Shown: one piece after another, positions 1 through 13,300 of the stretch
Position numbering within the stretch: position 1 is the stretch's first letter
Layout of the letters: every line of letters begins with the position of its first letter
NCBI GenBank assembly: GCA_000388065.2
Contig: KB932202.1
Direction: 5' to 3' (one strand)
From: Fonticula alba ATCC 38817
Taxonomy: Eukaryota; Protista; Nucleariida
DNA length: 64,000 nt
Made by a program: the position numbers and the translations under genes
The notes under the pieces: model-generated
Seen by the model: the letters and a program-made list of their open reading frames with translations, nothing else
Database searches by the model: none
What the model was told of the DNA's origin: nothing

Positions 1-515
1 GGGGGGGGGGGGGGGGGGGGGGCGCAACTCCGAGCGCCCGGCGCGCCCGCTCGAAGGCCACTTGCCTGAGACTTGGGCCCCCACGCCGAGGCGGACTTCT
101 GCCCTCGCTCCTCGCCAAGTTGCTGTTCCCTCCGGGCCTCGGGTGGGCCAGATGCGATGGACGGGAGCCGGCACTTTTTCTTCGAAGCCACGGCGCATTG
201 CTGCCAGACGGCCCGGGGGCTTTCGCCTCGGCATCGCGCGAGATGCCGAGCCCTTGCGGCGAGAGTTCGCTGGCCCGGGGGCCCGAGGGCCGGCCCCGCG
301 CGCGCGCATGTGTGCCCGCGCCCCCGGGGGCCGGTTGCCCTCCAGGGCCACGCCCCCGCGCGCAGCAGGGGGCTCTCGGCCCGCCCCTCGCCTTTCTTCC
401 TCTGTTTCTGCGTCGCCCGCCCGCCCGCCCGTCCCGCCCCTCTCGCAGGCGCGTGCGGTTGAGCCCTTCCACCCGCCCCCTCGCCCCGTGTCCGACCCGC
501 ATGCGACCTGGGCCC

Positions 516-548
<33 letters not shown>

Positions 549-2273
549 CGCGCGGCCGCCGCCATAGCCGGCCAGCTCTGGCCATACGGCCGCGGGGGGA
601 CAACTAGTCCCGGAGATGGAATCACTTCCTCCCCGTCGAGGGCCCCCGAGCCGGGGGCTGCCGGGGGGTTGTTGTTGTTGTTGTTGTTGTGGTTGGTCGG
701 CCGGTGGGCTGGCTCGACCCCCGGTCCCTGCTGCCGAGCACATTCCGCTTGGGTTGGGGCGGGTTCGCCAGCGGGCCCCTCTCCCTGTCTCCCATGGGTG
801 CCTCCCATTGGCTCCTCTCTTGTTGCTTTTCTCTTTCTCTCTCTCTCTCACTCAATCAATCCGCCTGCTTGGCCATCGCGCGCATGCGAGCATGAGCTCG
901 TTCCCGCTGGGTTTTTTTTTACCGACGCCCTGTGTGCACATCCGCACGCCCTCACGCTAGGCCCCAGCCCCTGCCATTGCCAGGCCCGGAGGCGCCTCCC
1001 TTGCTCGGCGGGGCCCTCCTGCCCCGGTCGCCGCCCCCGGGCATACACCGGTCAGACCCGTTTGGCTTGTCACGACTGCCCGTCTAGAAGGCCCCTCCCT
1101 GAGCCTCAGCGCCAGGGGTGCCACAGACATGCCCCCACCCACGCCCCCCTCCCCTTGCAGATCTCCGCGCCCATCCCTCCCCCCCCTCTCCTCCTTCCCT
1201 CCTTCCTTTGCCCCGCTTCCCTCCCCGGTCGTCCTGGGCCACTCCCTTCTCCACCTCTTCTCGGGCACCGTCCCCTCCCCCTGGTGCGCGCGCATTCCCC
1301 TCCCTCAGTTGCCCCTCGGCCTGTCGCCAGACGCCCTTCCCACCTGGGCCATCTTTGGGAGGCGAGCCACACACCTGAGACTCGCGGCTCTGTCTCAGTC
1401 CCAGGGCCATCCCAGTGCGTAAGGCAACCCGTTCGCTGGCCGAGACTTTGCGTTTACCCCTTCCCATCACCGCCCTCGCTCCGACCTTCCTCCCCGGGTC
1501 TCTAACATTGCTTTCTCTCTGTGGCTCTTCTGGCTCATTTTTCCCTCTCGTTCTCGCTCTCGCTCTCTTTGCCTGTTGACCGGGCACCTGCAACCAGCCC
1601 ACCCTCCGACGAGGTGACCCAGCTCTCTGCCCCCTAGCCCTGTGCGTTTGTTCTCCCCCCCCCCTCCTCCCCCCCTCCTCCCCTCTTCTTCCCTCTCCTC
1701 CCCCGTCCAGTCCCCTTTTCCTTCATCTCCGAAAGTCCGGTCCAGCCAGCAAAGCCACTGGGAATGCCTGAGATCCCGCGGCATTCGCCTTCGCTGCATC
1801 CTCTTTTCCTTTCCCCTGCCCCTTCTCTAGGGGTCTCCGATTCCCGCATGCGCCTCTCGCTGCCCGCGTGTGCCCCGTCGAGTGCCTCTCGTCACGGGAC
1901 ACTCGCCTCACCTCTTGGCCGCCGTCACCCCCTCCGGGCGTGAGGGCGCATGGTGCCAACGCAGCCCAAGCGACGCCACGCCTGTCCTCCTACCCTCTCT
2001 CTCTCCCTCTCTTTCTCTCCCCGCCCCGCCCCGCTCCGCCCCGCCCCTCCTCTGCCGCATCTACTTGATCCCCCTTGTCCCTCTCTGGCAGCCCTTTACT
2101 CCTTCACGGAAGAGGTTGACCTGCCATGAGCATCTGTTCGTCCTGTCGGCCGCTTCTTTCGTCTCCGGCTCCCCTCCTCGTGAATCGGCCGGTGGGAGTG
2201 AGCTCAGCCGCTTTTGCCTGTTCCATGGCAGCCGAAGAAGGACAAGCAGGGCAAGGAGGAGGGGGGTGGTGAT

Positions 2274-2309
<36 letters not shown>

Positions 2310-3028
2310 ACAGGCAGGCCCGCTCCTTGTGGCCTGCCAGCCCGACAGCACATATGTCGGCTGGAAAAGCCCACAGAAGAGGGTGGCAGTGCCATGGCGG
2401 GACCGCTTTCCGGTGTCCAAGCCCGGATGGCGCCGCTGGTGGGTGTCAATCGGCCCCTTCCTCAGGCCGGGCGCGGTGTGCCTGGTTGGTCTAGACCGTG
2501 CTACCGGCATGTTCCGCAGCCAGCCGACACGGGGGATCCGGCGCGTCCCTGCCACAAAGGCTGTGTCACGCGTATATCCAACAGGGAGGGGGCGGGGCAC
2601 ACCCCCCCCCCCCCCCCCCCCCCGGTAGTGCGTCGGTTTGTTTGTCGACTGTTGTCCGGCACGGCGCCCTTTGTTTGGTCCTGCCGGCAAGGTGGTGGCG
2701 ACGGCAAGTGCAGCAGACCAGGGGGACCGGCCCTACCCGGCCATTCCCTGACCCTCTCCCTTGCGGGGCTTTATCCCGGCGTCCTGCCGCGGTGCCTTGC
2801 CGGGCAGCCGGATTCGCCTGCGCCCGGGGCCCTCCCGCGTCCCGGTCAGGCTGCCGCCCCCTTTGCAACGGCCGGGAGCATACCCTCCCCGCGGGATGGC
2901 CCCAGCTTGTGGGACTTCCTCTCCGCCTCAGATCGTGCCTTGCCCCCCCCCCCCCCTCAGGCAGCAGCACGCCATCTGGAGTTTGCGCATCTGCCTCTTC
3001 TCCTCGCCCTCTTTCTCTCCCTCTCTCC

Positions 3029-3059
<31 letters not shown>

Positions 3060-5575
3060 CACCAGACATCTCATGGATGGGGTGCCCAGTTGAGGAAGGT
3101 CGACACACGGCCGGACACCGGCTAGTGTGTCGAGACGGAGCTCCTGGCCCCGATGGTCTCCTGCCACTGCTGGCTCCTCGCGATCAGGAACAAGTACGTG
3201 AGCAGGGGGGGGGGGGGGAACCCGAGGCCCTCTACAGAGGGCTGCCTGCATGGAAATGCACCCGAGTGCATGCGTCCGGCTGTGTCTGCCCGAGCAGCTG
3301 CATGAGGGCGGAGGCCTGAGGGGTTGAGGGGGATAATCCTGCTCCCTCGTCTGATGACAGCCTCAAGGGCCCCGTCTCTCTTGCTCCCCCCCCCCCTCCC
3401 CTCCCCCACTGTCTCCCGCTCATTTGCCGCCCCGTGCATGTGTGGGAAGAAGTGACACCATGTGTCGGTGTGAGTGTGGGGCGGGCGGGCGGGGGCCTGG
3501 ACTGGGGATTCCTGTCCCGTCCAGTTGCCAACGGACGACGACTATTTGGTCTGCCCCAGGGCCGCCGGCAAGAGCGTACCTGTTCCGGGACGTCCTCCGC
3601 CCAACGAGACTCTGTCCACGCCCCGTCTGTTTTCGGTCTTTCTTCGGCCAGCGCGCCCCCCGTGTCGGACGGGCGCGCGCGCGCGAGCACTCCGGGTATG
3701 GGATGCGCGCGTGAAACAAGTTCAGTCCCTTTCGCTGGGCCTCCTTCGTGCTTGTGCGCGACATGCCCTGCCTGTATGCCCAAGCGCACACAAGGCGTGT
3801 TCCATGCGCCGCCCCGCCCACGGGCCACATTCGATGCCTGGGTGCTTGTCCGACGTGTGGGGTTCTCTCCTTCCATGCCTTTTCGGGTGCCGTGTGCTTC
3901 CCCCTCCCCCGTGCTTGCTTGTGGGGCGGCGGCCCCGCGCGCTGGGAGACAGGGTCTGTCTTCAGAGGGGGACCCCCGGCCCCTCGTCGGCCCCCTTCAA
4001 TTTCACACAGTGCGGGTCGTTTGTGCGCCCCCTCTCCTCCCACTTTTGTCGGCGGCATTCGCTCGCGCTCAGGCATGTGTGCAGTGGTGAGCGATCTCTC
4101 TTCCCTTTTCGCGCCCTGCTCGAATGCTCTCCCTGGTGATTGAAATGGTGTCCGTCAATCGCCCATCGGGGCCGCTCCTGCGCTTGTCCTTGCCAGCACA
4201 GCGAAGGGCTCCCGCTATTTTCCATTTCCATTCGGTCTTCTCTTTTTTTTTTTTCCCTTTCCGGTCGTCCCCCCGGCTCCAGGCAATTTGAAATGTGGAG
4301 GAATGCATTCACATTCATACGTCCGCCTGGCTGCGCCACACGCTGCTTCTGGGCTTGGTACTGGACCTGCCGACGCCGGCCCTCTAGTTAAGCACGGATC
4401 CCCCCCCCCCCCCTCCCTCCCCCCGGCGTGCACTCTTTTGGTCACCCAGGCGAGACAGCTCTCACTTTGATTGTCCGATCGCCATCTTATTCTCTTCTCG
4501 ATCTCCCTCCCTCTCGCCCTCTCTCCCCTTGTGTGAGTGTGTGAGGTTATGTGGCCAAGCTCGCGGGCCCAGGACGCTGCAGGATGTTTGAGCACAAGGG
4601 CCTTGTTGACTGTGGCCGGCCCAAAGTCCGCCCCCCCCCCCCCCACACACACACAACCAAGAGCGTGCATACTCTCTCTCTCTCTCTCTCTCCCTCCCTT
4701 GGGAGTGTTGCGACGAGGGTGCGCGCCCCGACATGCTGACTCCCTCTGCCGGGGACTGTGTTTGTGTCGACTCTCACGCCCCTCCCTGGGCCGGGTCGTC
4801 CGCGGGCGCTCTTTTTGTCGCTCGCACCCCCGGCGACAAGGGTCCAGATGCCTTTTCCTTTGGGGACTTGCCCTTGTGTATGGGTCCCTTTGCCCTTGCC
4901 GGCAAGTGAGCGAGCAAATGAAGGCCGCCGGTCCGGCCGGTTGACTGGCGCCAAGTTGAGATGCCCAAGTGGTACACGTCCCCGCGGTGCAGGACATGCT
5001 TTCACGGAGGCCACTCATTCTGGTCCGTGAGCCGGGGCTATCTAAGCCCAAGCTCTTGGCCTGGCTCCACGTCGGTGTCAGTGCGACACCTGATGAGGGA
5101 CCTGCCTCTTGGCTGTTGCTCAACCTCCAGTGTTTCCGTGTTGGAGTCGGATCCTTGCCGTGTCCCGCTCGCCGCTCCGTATTCGATCTGGGCATGTGGA
5201 CACGTCCCTTCACTGACACACGGGCTCCCCGGCGATCGTGGAGTTCTGGTGCATGCGTGTCCTCTTGGACACAGGGAGTACGTGTGTGCGGAGCTCCGGC
5301 CGGCCATGCGAGCCAGAGGTCACTTGTGTTGCGATCGGCCGGATGTGTGCAACCTCCGCCCCAAGCCGCCCTCTGGGGATTCCCCACAAGGCGGTTCTAC
5401 ACAGGTGGCCTGGGCTATTTGCACACGCCAGCCCGTCTAGGTGGTGAGTCTGCGCCGGGGGGAGGGCGGGGCGGGGCGGGGGGAGGGGGGATGCCCATGC
5501 TGTCGGATGTGCCTTTTCGCTCGCTCCCCACAATCATTCATGTCCCCTTTGTCGACAGTGCCCTGTGAATTCGCT

Positions 5576-5598
5576 CGCGCGCGCGCGCGCGCGCGCGC
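5576..5598. repeat. (CG)n dinucleotide tract, one of several in the window
   Basis: 23 nt of perfect CG alternation; similar tracts at ~20907-20925, ~35199-35217, ~49323-49341, ~49484-49502 and ~54961-54981. Confidence 0.9.
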
Positions 5599-7176
5599 TG
5601 GGTCATCCGCTCTTGTCGGAGGTGAGTCCCTCCGGAGGATTGACCGACTGCTGGCCACCCTGTCGTCGCCGGCAGTGTTTGTGCCTCTGTAGACACATGC
5701 CCAGCGGTGCACATACACGCACACATGTAGGTGTGTGTGTGTGTGTGTGTGTGTATGTTTTCCCGGCAGGGCGTTTTGCCCATCCCTCATGGGGGCTTGT
5801 CCCGGTGGCCACCATTTGCAACCACACAGGGCCATCTCCGCACCAGACTGGCTGGGCAGGAGACATGGCGATGGAAGCCACGGGTAGTTTTCGGTGTGAC
5901 CCCACCCATGTTTATCCCGGCTGCCCTCCCGAGGGCCTGTGGGTTTCCTTATATTGGGCAATCCCTGTGTCACTAGGTCCAGCCCGCCTGCCAAGACAAG
6001 CTCAGGCCATTGCTCCGCCGCTGGCTTCGACCTGTTGACAACGGCCTTGGACAAGCCGCCTTCCCCCTCCCCCCGCCCCCCGGCACGAACGCATATGGTT
6101 GTGTTGTTTGCATCGCTTGAGCGTATGTGTTCGTGTATGTGTGTGCGCACAAGTAGGCGCACACACAGGGCACGCTCGTCGGCTGGCATCCTCAGGCTGT
6201 GCCCCTGCCTTGTTTTAGAATTCCACCTGACAATTGTGGACTGGACTCTTTCCTCGTCCTCCCCCCCCCCCCCCCGGGGTCGGGAGGCGGAAGGCAGGAT
6301 TAGGGGGCGCGCGGCAGGGGCCGGCTGACTGACACTCAGACGAGCTTGCAGGCGGGGGACGGCGATCTCCTTGTCCCTGTCTTCTGTGAGTATACTGTCC
6401 TTTATCTGATGATCGGAGCTTGGTTGCGCCGTGGACCCGATCAGTGCCGCGGAGTCCCCCTCCCCACTCAAGTTGATTCCTTCCCCCTCGCCCCCTCTCT
6501 CCATCTCTCTCTCTTTCTTTCTTTCTCTCTCTCTCTCTCTCTCTCTCTCCCCCCCCGGAGATTCTGTGTGTGGATAAGTGTGTGTCTTGGTGGTGTGGGT
6601 GTTTGAAGCGTGCCTGTGAAGGTGCCTCTGTGGGCTCGCACGATTCTGAGTGGCATTTCAGATTCTCCCCACGGCCATCCTTTATTGCTCTCTTCCAACC
6701 GGGCCTCTGCCATCGCCCTCCTCTTCCTCCTTCTACCCTCTTTCCTTTTCCCTCTGCTCCTCTCCCCGACCTTCCCCTCCTCCTCCTCCTCCTCCTCCTC
6801 CTCCTCCTCCTCCCTTCCCCCCCCCCTCTCTCTCTCTATCTCCCTCTCTCGCCTCACGAGGCTCCCTTTCCCCTCGTTCTCTCCAGGTCTCTTCCGATCA
6901 ACAACCTCTTCCTCTTCCCCCGATTGTTGCTTCTTCAATCCATTCCCCCTTCCGCCCTCCGGCTCCCCTCCTCTCCTCTCGCATGCTGCCTCAAGCTGCG
7001 CGCTGACCCCTCCCCCTCCCGCTTTCAGAAAGAGAATAGCGCCTTGGTGGTTACATCATCTCTGCGATCCATACACACCCCCATCGCAAAGTCTGGCCGG
7101 CTCCCCAGCTTAGCTTCTTCAAGGACTTGCGGTGACACAACACTGGTTCGCTCCTTTCCCCTTTTCCCCTTCCCCG

Positions 7177-7209
<33 letters not shown>

Positions 7210-7588
7210 CCCCCTCGATGCGACTCTCTCTTCCCCCACTCCCTGCCTCTTTCCTCGCTGCCTGGCCTGGCCCAGCCATGCTGACTCCTGATTAGACACT
7301 GGGCCGTGTTCCGAACACCACTTTCCCGCACGAAGGGCGCACCTCCTCTACTCGCCAACGTTCCCGTCCTCCTCCCTGCCTATTCCCAATTGGCTCCTTC
7401 TGCCTCCGTGTCCCCCCCCCCTCCCCTACTGCGGACCGAAGAGGAGGGGCCGAATCCTCGCCTGCCGGCCCCGCCCGTGCTCCTCCCCTGCTCTGGCCCG
7501 TTTCTTTCTCCCTCTCTCTGTCTCTTGATTGTCCGCGTGCGAAACACCGATGCTCCCTTTCTCGGCGCAATTCCACCCCCAACAGGGC

Positions 7589-8422
7589 ATGCATGGTGCC
7601 ACCATGACCGACGACATGACCGCTTATGGCAACATGGGCGCCTATGATGGCTCCTTCACCACCGGCGGCCAATCCATGCCCCAGCAGCCCGCTGCTCATC
7701 AGCCCTGTGCGTTTGGCTCCCTCCCCCTCACCTCTCTCCCCCCCCCCCCCTGCTTATTTCCGTCTCCTCCTCTGATCTGTTTGCCGCCATGTGCCTCCTC
7801 ATCATCACTGACCGCATGTCCGGCCGTTCGGATGTGGCGTTAGTCACCAACGATGGCAGTGCCGGTCGTTCGCTGCAGGGCCATGCCCAGCAGCCGCAAA
7901 TGGCCGGGCAATTCCACACTGGCGCGCACATCGCCACCGACATGTCCACCTCGTCACCTGCCTTCTTGTCGCAAACAGCGCTCCCTTTGGCCAATTACCA
8001 GTCGCACCCGGTGGCCGACTCGATAGGCTCGATGGGTGACAGTGCTGGGGCATACCGCTTCATGCCACTTGACCCGCAGACTGGCCCGGAGCCCGGCATT
8101 GGCCTCAGCACGGAGCCGCATCGGACCTTCGGCATGATGGATAAGCGAGGTAGGACCGATCTTTTTCCCGGCTGTCAAATGCCTTGGTCTCCTTTTTGCT
8201 CGACATTGGCGTCTCTCTGCCTCTCTCTTTCCCCTTCCCTCTCCCCCCTTTCCCCCTCCTCGGACCCTGTCTGACTCCATCCTCCTTATGCAGCCGATAC
8301 CTACCAGGTGGACTATGACCATGGCCGCATGCCAACCGTGCGCATTCTCCCCTCTGATCCTGGCCGCTGTTCAGCTCCCCTTGCCGCGTGTCCTAACCCG
8401 CGTGAATGTGGTTCCCTCCCCT

Positions 8423-8456
<34 letters not shown>

Positions 8457-10275
8457 TAATCACTCTTCTTCTTCTTCTTCTTCCTCCTCCTCTTCTAGCT
8501 TCTTGAGCAGGACCGGCCAGCTGGAGGTTTCATGCTGGACGGAAATCTCACTGGGCGGACGGTCAACCACCAGGGGATGCTCCACCCGCAAGCGAACTCG
8601 GTCCCAGGGACAGGCATGCACGCGACACCTGCGACTGCTGCTGCGACGGCGGCGGCCGCCGCCGCCGGCGGACTGAACATTGTCCTGGGCTCCTCGCACA
8701 TGGTCACCCAGCTACAGGGCGGCTTCCCGGCCGGGCAAGCCGGGCCCCGGCCGCCGAATCTCTTTGGGGCCGGCGGCCCTCCCCTGGGCAACAACGGCAA
8801 TTACACCTTTGCCCAGCCGCAGATGGCTGCCGGGCAGAATGCCGTGCTCTATGGGCAGGGGCATGTGGGCGCGGTGCGGCCGCGGCCGGTTGGCAACAGC
8901 CCCCACATGCACCCCTTCCTTTCTCCAGGTCAGCTGCTGCCCAATCGCATGGGTCCCTTCAATGCGGTTAACTCCTCGGGCATGATGGTCCTCCTGCAGG
9001 ATGTTGGCATCATGGCAATGCGTCCCCCGGGTTCCAGCGGCGCTGGACATCCCTATGCCGGGATGTCGGCACCCTTCCGGCCGATGGTCAATGACCCGAG
9101 TGAAAGCAACAGCAACGCGCGCATTCGCCAAGCTAGACGGTGGTACGTTTTCACCCGCCGGAACATGCCCGCGCCCTGCCCCGGCCGACTCTCTCTCGCT
9201 CTCTCGCTCTCTCTCTCTCTCTCTCTCCCTCCCTCCCTCTTTCTCTCTCTTTCTCTCTCTCTCTCTCTGCTTGTGTAAACTTCTTTCTGAGACCCCCCCT
9301 CGTCCCCCTCACTCATTCCTCTCCTCTCATCCACGGCGGTACGCCTCGGCGATCACATAGGCTCGTGCATACCTTTGTCTTGACGCCGGACTTTAGCTTC
9401 TTCATCCCCCGGGCATCCATGTACTCGAGTTATGTGGCTTCCATCGGGGATGATGCCTTGAATGCAGCCACCTTCGGCAAGGTCATTCGGTCGGTCTTCC
9501 CGTCTGTGCGCACGCGGCGCATTGGCGCACGCGGGTGCTCCAAGTACCACTACTTTGGGATCCGCTTTGCGCACGATGAGGGCCCGCCCGGACCCAAGGG
9601 CGTGGGCCCGGTTGTTCAGCTGGAAATGGAGGAGGCCGAGCGCACCCGGTCCACCTCGAAATCTTCCGATCCCAATGACAAGGACGAGTCTCCGGGCAGC
9701 GATGATGAGGAGGAGACCACCAGTACCACCAGCGGCGCCTCCTCTCGCCAGCCTGATGAGGGGGACAATTCAAATACCTCCGCCGGCTCGCAGGAGGACG
9801 ATCTGGCTGCGGCGGATCCGGCCACTAGCACCTCCGGCGACATGGTCGAGGCCGAGGGTGGCGGTGGTCCTGGCAGTGGCTCCGGCGCTGCGCATCTGCA
9901 CAGCAAGCTCCATGTCACGCGAGTTCAGTCACCGACATCGCCCACATCGCCGATGGTGGCCGGCGGTGGTGTGGCCGCGGATTCCGGGCCCCGGTCGGCC
10001 GGGCTCCGGCGTGGATCAAGTGGCGGCCTCCCCTCGCCCTTGAGCGGCGGCCACTCGTCCATGGGGCGCTCGGCGCTGGCGGCGTCGTCGCGCGTGATGC
10101 ACTCTTCGGTCGAGGCGACAGATGCGCTGCCGCCCAGCGGTGGCGATCTCCCCGGCAGCCAGCCACCCTCTCAGCGTGGTCGTAGTGCCTCCATTTCGCA
10201 GCATGTCCGGGGTGATTCTGGCGAAGGCATCGCGTCTCACCATGCGCCCTCCGGGCAGACGGCAATTCATGTCAT

Positions 10276-10315
<40 letters not shown>

Positions 10316-13300
10316 CAACAGAGTAATGGCTCGGCCCATGCGCACTCCCTCCCCCCTTCCCCTTCGGCCTTCTATGGGGGTGCGCGTGTTGGCGTCCGGC
10401 CGGCCAGCTCGAGCCAGCTGACCAGTCTGCCCGCCTCAACCGAGGGTGGCTTCCCCCCACCGGGCGGGCCGACCGAGAGTGGTTCCAGCCCGAATGGCTT
10501 CCCTTCGGCCAGTCCCAATGGGTCTATGATGGGCAGCGGCCCGATGCCCAGTGGTGGGTCGCTCGGTGGCGGCCCTGGCGGCGGGCCGCCCCACGGCCTT
10601 GGCCCGGATGGCCACCCGCGCTTTGCCGTGGCCCGGCGTCGAGCGTCAGTCCCCTCGCTGGTGCCCTTCAGCAATCCAACTGGCGGCCCGTCCGGGCCCG
10701 GGTCTGCTGGGGGACATCAACAGCAGCAGCAGCAACAGCAGCAACAGCAGCCGGATGCCGTGCGCTACTTCCAAGCCTTGGCCAGCGGCCAGGTGAGCGC
10801 TCCTCTCAGCGGGGCCAGCCCATCGCCTGTGGGCGGCCCCGGGTCCGGCCCCGGGGTCAGCATGCGCCCAGCCAGCGCCCAGCCCTTCTCCTCTCCCCTG
10901 TCAGTTCCTCCCTCGCCCTCGATTCACCCTTCGGCTGGGGGGGTTGGTGCTGGAGGATCGACCATGTCGTCCCCCTCGACCGGAGTGCCCCACATGCACG
11001 CCAATCAACCACACGGGCTTGGCCATGCCCATCATGGGCATCACGCCCACCAGCAGCAGCAGTCGCAGTCGCAGTCGCAGTCGCAGTCGCAGATGGTGCC
11101 GATGACCGTGGTCGGGGGGTCCCGGCGGCCGAGTGTAGATTTTTCGGCCGGGCCGCCCACTCTTGGCTCTGCTTCTGGCGCCAGTGGCAGCATGCCACTG
11201 GGCCCGAGTGCCGGTGGCTTGAAGCACATGTCCCCGGGCTCGGGGCCCGGGGCCCTGCCATCGGCCGCTCGCCGCCGGGCCAGCTACGACGTCGGAGCCA
11301 GCTATATTACTGGCCGCGCCGCGCCGAGCGACGGTACGGCCTTCCCTCCGAGTCAGTTCCCTCCGATGCTGCACCATGGTGCCGGCGGGGCGATGGTCGG
11401 TGGAGGACTGCGCGGGCCCACCGGCGTCGGTGGCTCGGTGGATGCGCAATCGCCGGAATCCACTGGGTTCCTTGGGCCGGGTGGCCGGCTCTCAGCCGGG
11501 GGACTGCCCTCGGGCCCGGGTGGCCTTCGGCCGACCTCCGCCGCCGGCGGGGGGTCTACTTCGTCGTCAGCTTCCTCGGCCTCATCCTCGAGCTCCTCAT
11601 TGTCCACCCCGGCTGGCGGGTCCCTGCCCTCGCTGGGGACCATCAAGGACCTGGCCGTGTCGCCGACCTCCTCCCTCGGGGGCATGGGCAGTCAGCCGCT
11701 CCTGTCGCTGCCGGGCGGCCCGTCCCCGTCGGTGGGCTTCAGCACCGGGTCTGGGGTTGGCGGCGCTGCCGGTGGCGGTGGCTTTGCCTCGGTGGCTTCC
11801 ATTCTGCCGGGGTCTCAGCCGCTGGAGCCGTCTGAGAGCCCGACCGCCGTTGGGAACCGCCTGACCCAGCGTCGACGCAGCAGCCATGAGGCCGAGCTTC
11901 TGATCTATGCCTCGGAGAAGCGGTGCGTGCCTCCGGGGGAATCTCTCATGTCGACCGCGAAAGCACCTACGCCCATGCGATGTCGCCCCGCCGAACGGCG
12001 CATATTTCGCCGATGTTGACACCCCCCCCCGCACCCGACCCTCCTTCTTTCGCCCTCTTTCCTCCGCTCTCTCTCTCTCTCTCTCCCTTTCCTTCTCGCT
12101 CAGGCGTCTTCATGGCCACATTTCCAACATGGTCAGCCCCTCGCACAATATCCCCCAGCCCGGGCCGCAACATCACCACCTGCAGCATCTCCCGGGGCCA
12201 GGTCAGCAGCAGCCTCAGCAGCATTCCTCTGCTCCCTCTGCCAGCCTCAGCCACCCGGGTGTGGCGAGCGCCGGGCACGGGTCGACCTCCTACTCGTCGG
12301 ACACCCTGTACAGTATCCACACGCCGGGTCAGTCATCCACGTGCTCTTCGCCGGCGCCACTGGCAGCCAGCCCCTCCAACACCCCGCTGGCCCCGATGAC
12401 CGGCAGCGCGCTGGCCTCCTGCTTCACACCGCCGAAGTCGACCGGTGGCTCGAGCCACCTGCCGACCCCAGTGCGTGCCTTGCCCTGCTTTTCTCGCCCT
12501 GCTTCTCGGCCATTTGTGCTTGGGCCGCTGGCTCACCCTCGCTGCGTGTTCTCCCCCCCCCTGCCCCCCTGCCCCCCTGTTGCCCCTCTCGACCCCTCGA
12601 CCTCTTTGCCGGTGGCACATGTGTAGGAGCTCTCTTCCATCGAGGAGTTCCGCCGGCAGTATGACCTCCAGTGTGTGAGCAACCTCAACTCCCTGACCGG
12701 GGCCCTGGCCGCCGGTGAGGAGTTGCAGTACCCGGCGGCCGAGGAGCACATCGCCTGCGAGGTGCGGGACTTTTGGCTGGCCATCCCGTCGAATGTCATC
12801 CGGCAGATGTCGCGCAGCGAGCTTGGCGAAACCGTCCGGCGGATGGATGAAATGTCCTTCGATCTGCTGGTCAAGAAGATGGTGCCCCTGCGGCCGGACG
12901 CCGATCCGGCCATGGTTGGCCCGCTGCTGGCCCGGCTGAAGCGCGCTCGCAGTACCCTGACGTATGTTCTCTCCTCTGCCGGGCTGCTGAATCCCCTGTG
13001 TCAGCGCTTTGAGCCGACCACCTTCTCCACGGTGACCGAAAGCAAGGCCCTGGCATTGGAGACCTTCCAGACGTCACTGGTCAACTTGGAACTCCTCCTG
13101 CCAGCCGGCGAGAACCTGGTCGCGGGATTGTCCGATCAGGCATCGGCCCTGGCCACACATTGGCAGGGGCTTTGGGCCCTTTCCCCCGGCAGTGGAAGCG
13201 GCGGCTCGGTCGGCGGCAGCGGAGGCGGCTGTGCCTTCCCCATTCAGACCCTGGTTACCCCGGACCAGTGGCAGCCGATGGCCGAGTACCCGGCCGACCT

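Noticed and set aside
4301-4310. Perfect palindrome GAATGCATTC with nearby CATTC (TEA-like) cores
   Set aside because: Dozens of 10-bp palindromes are expected by chance in 64 kb, and there is no supporting context.
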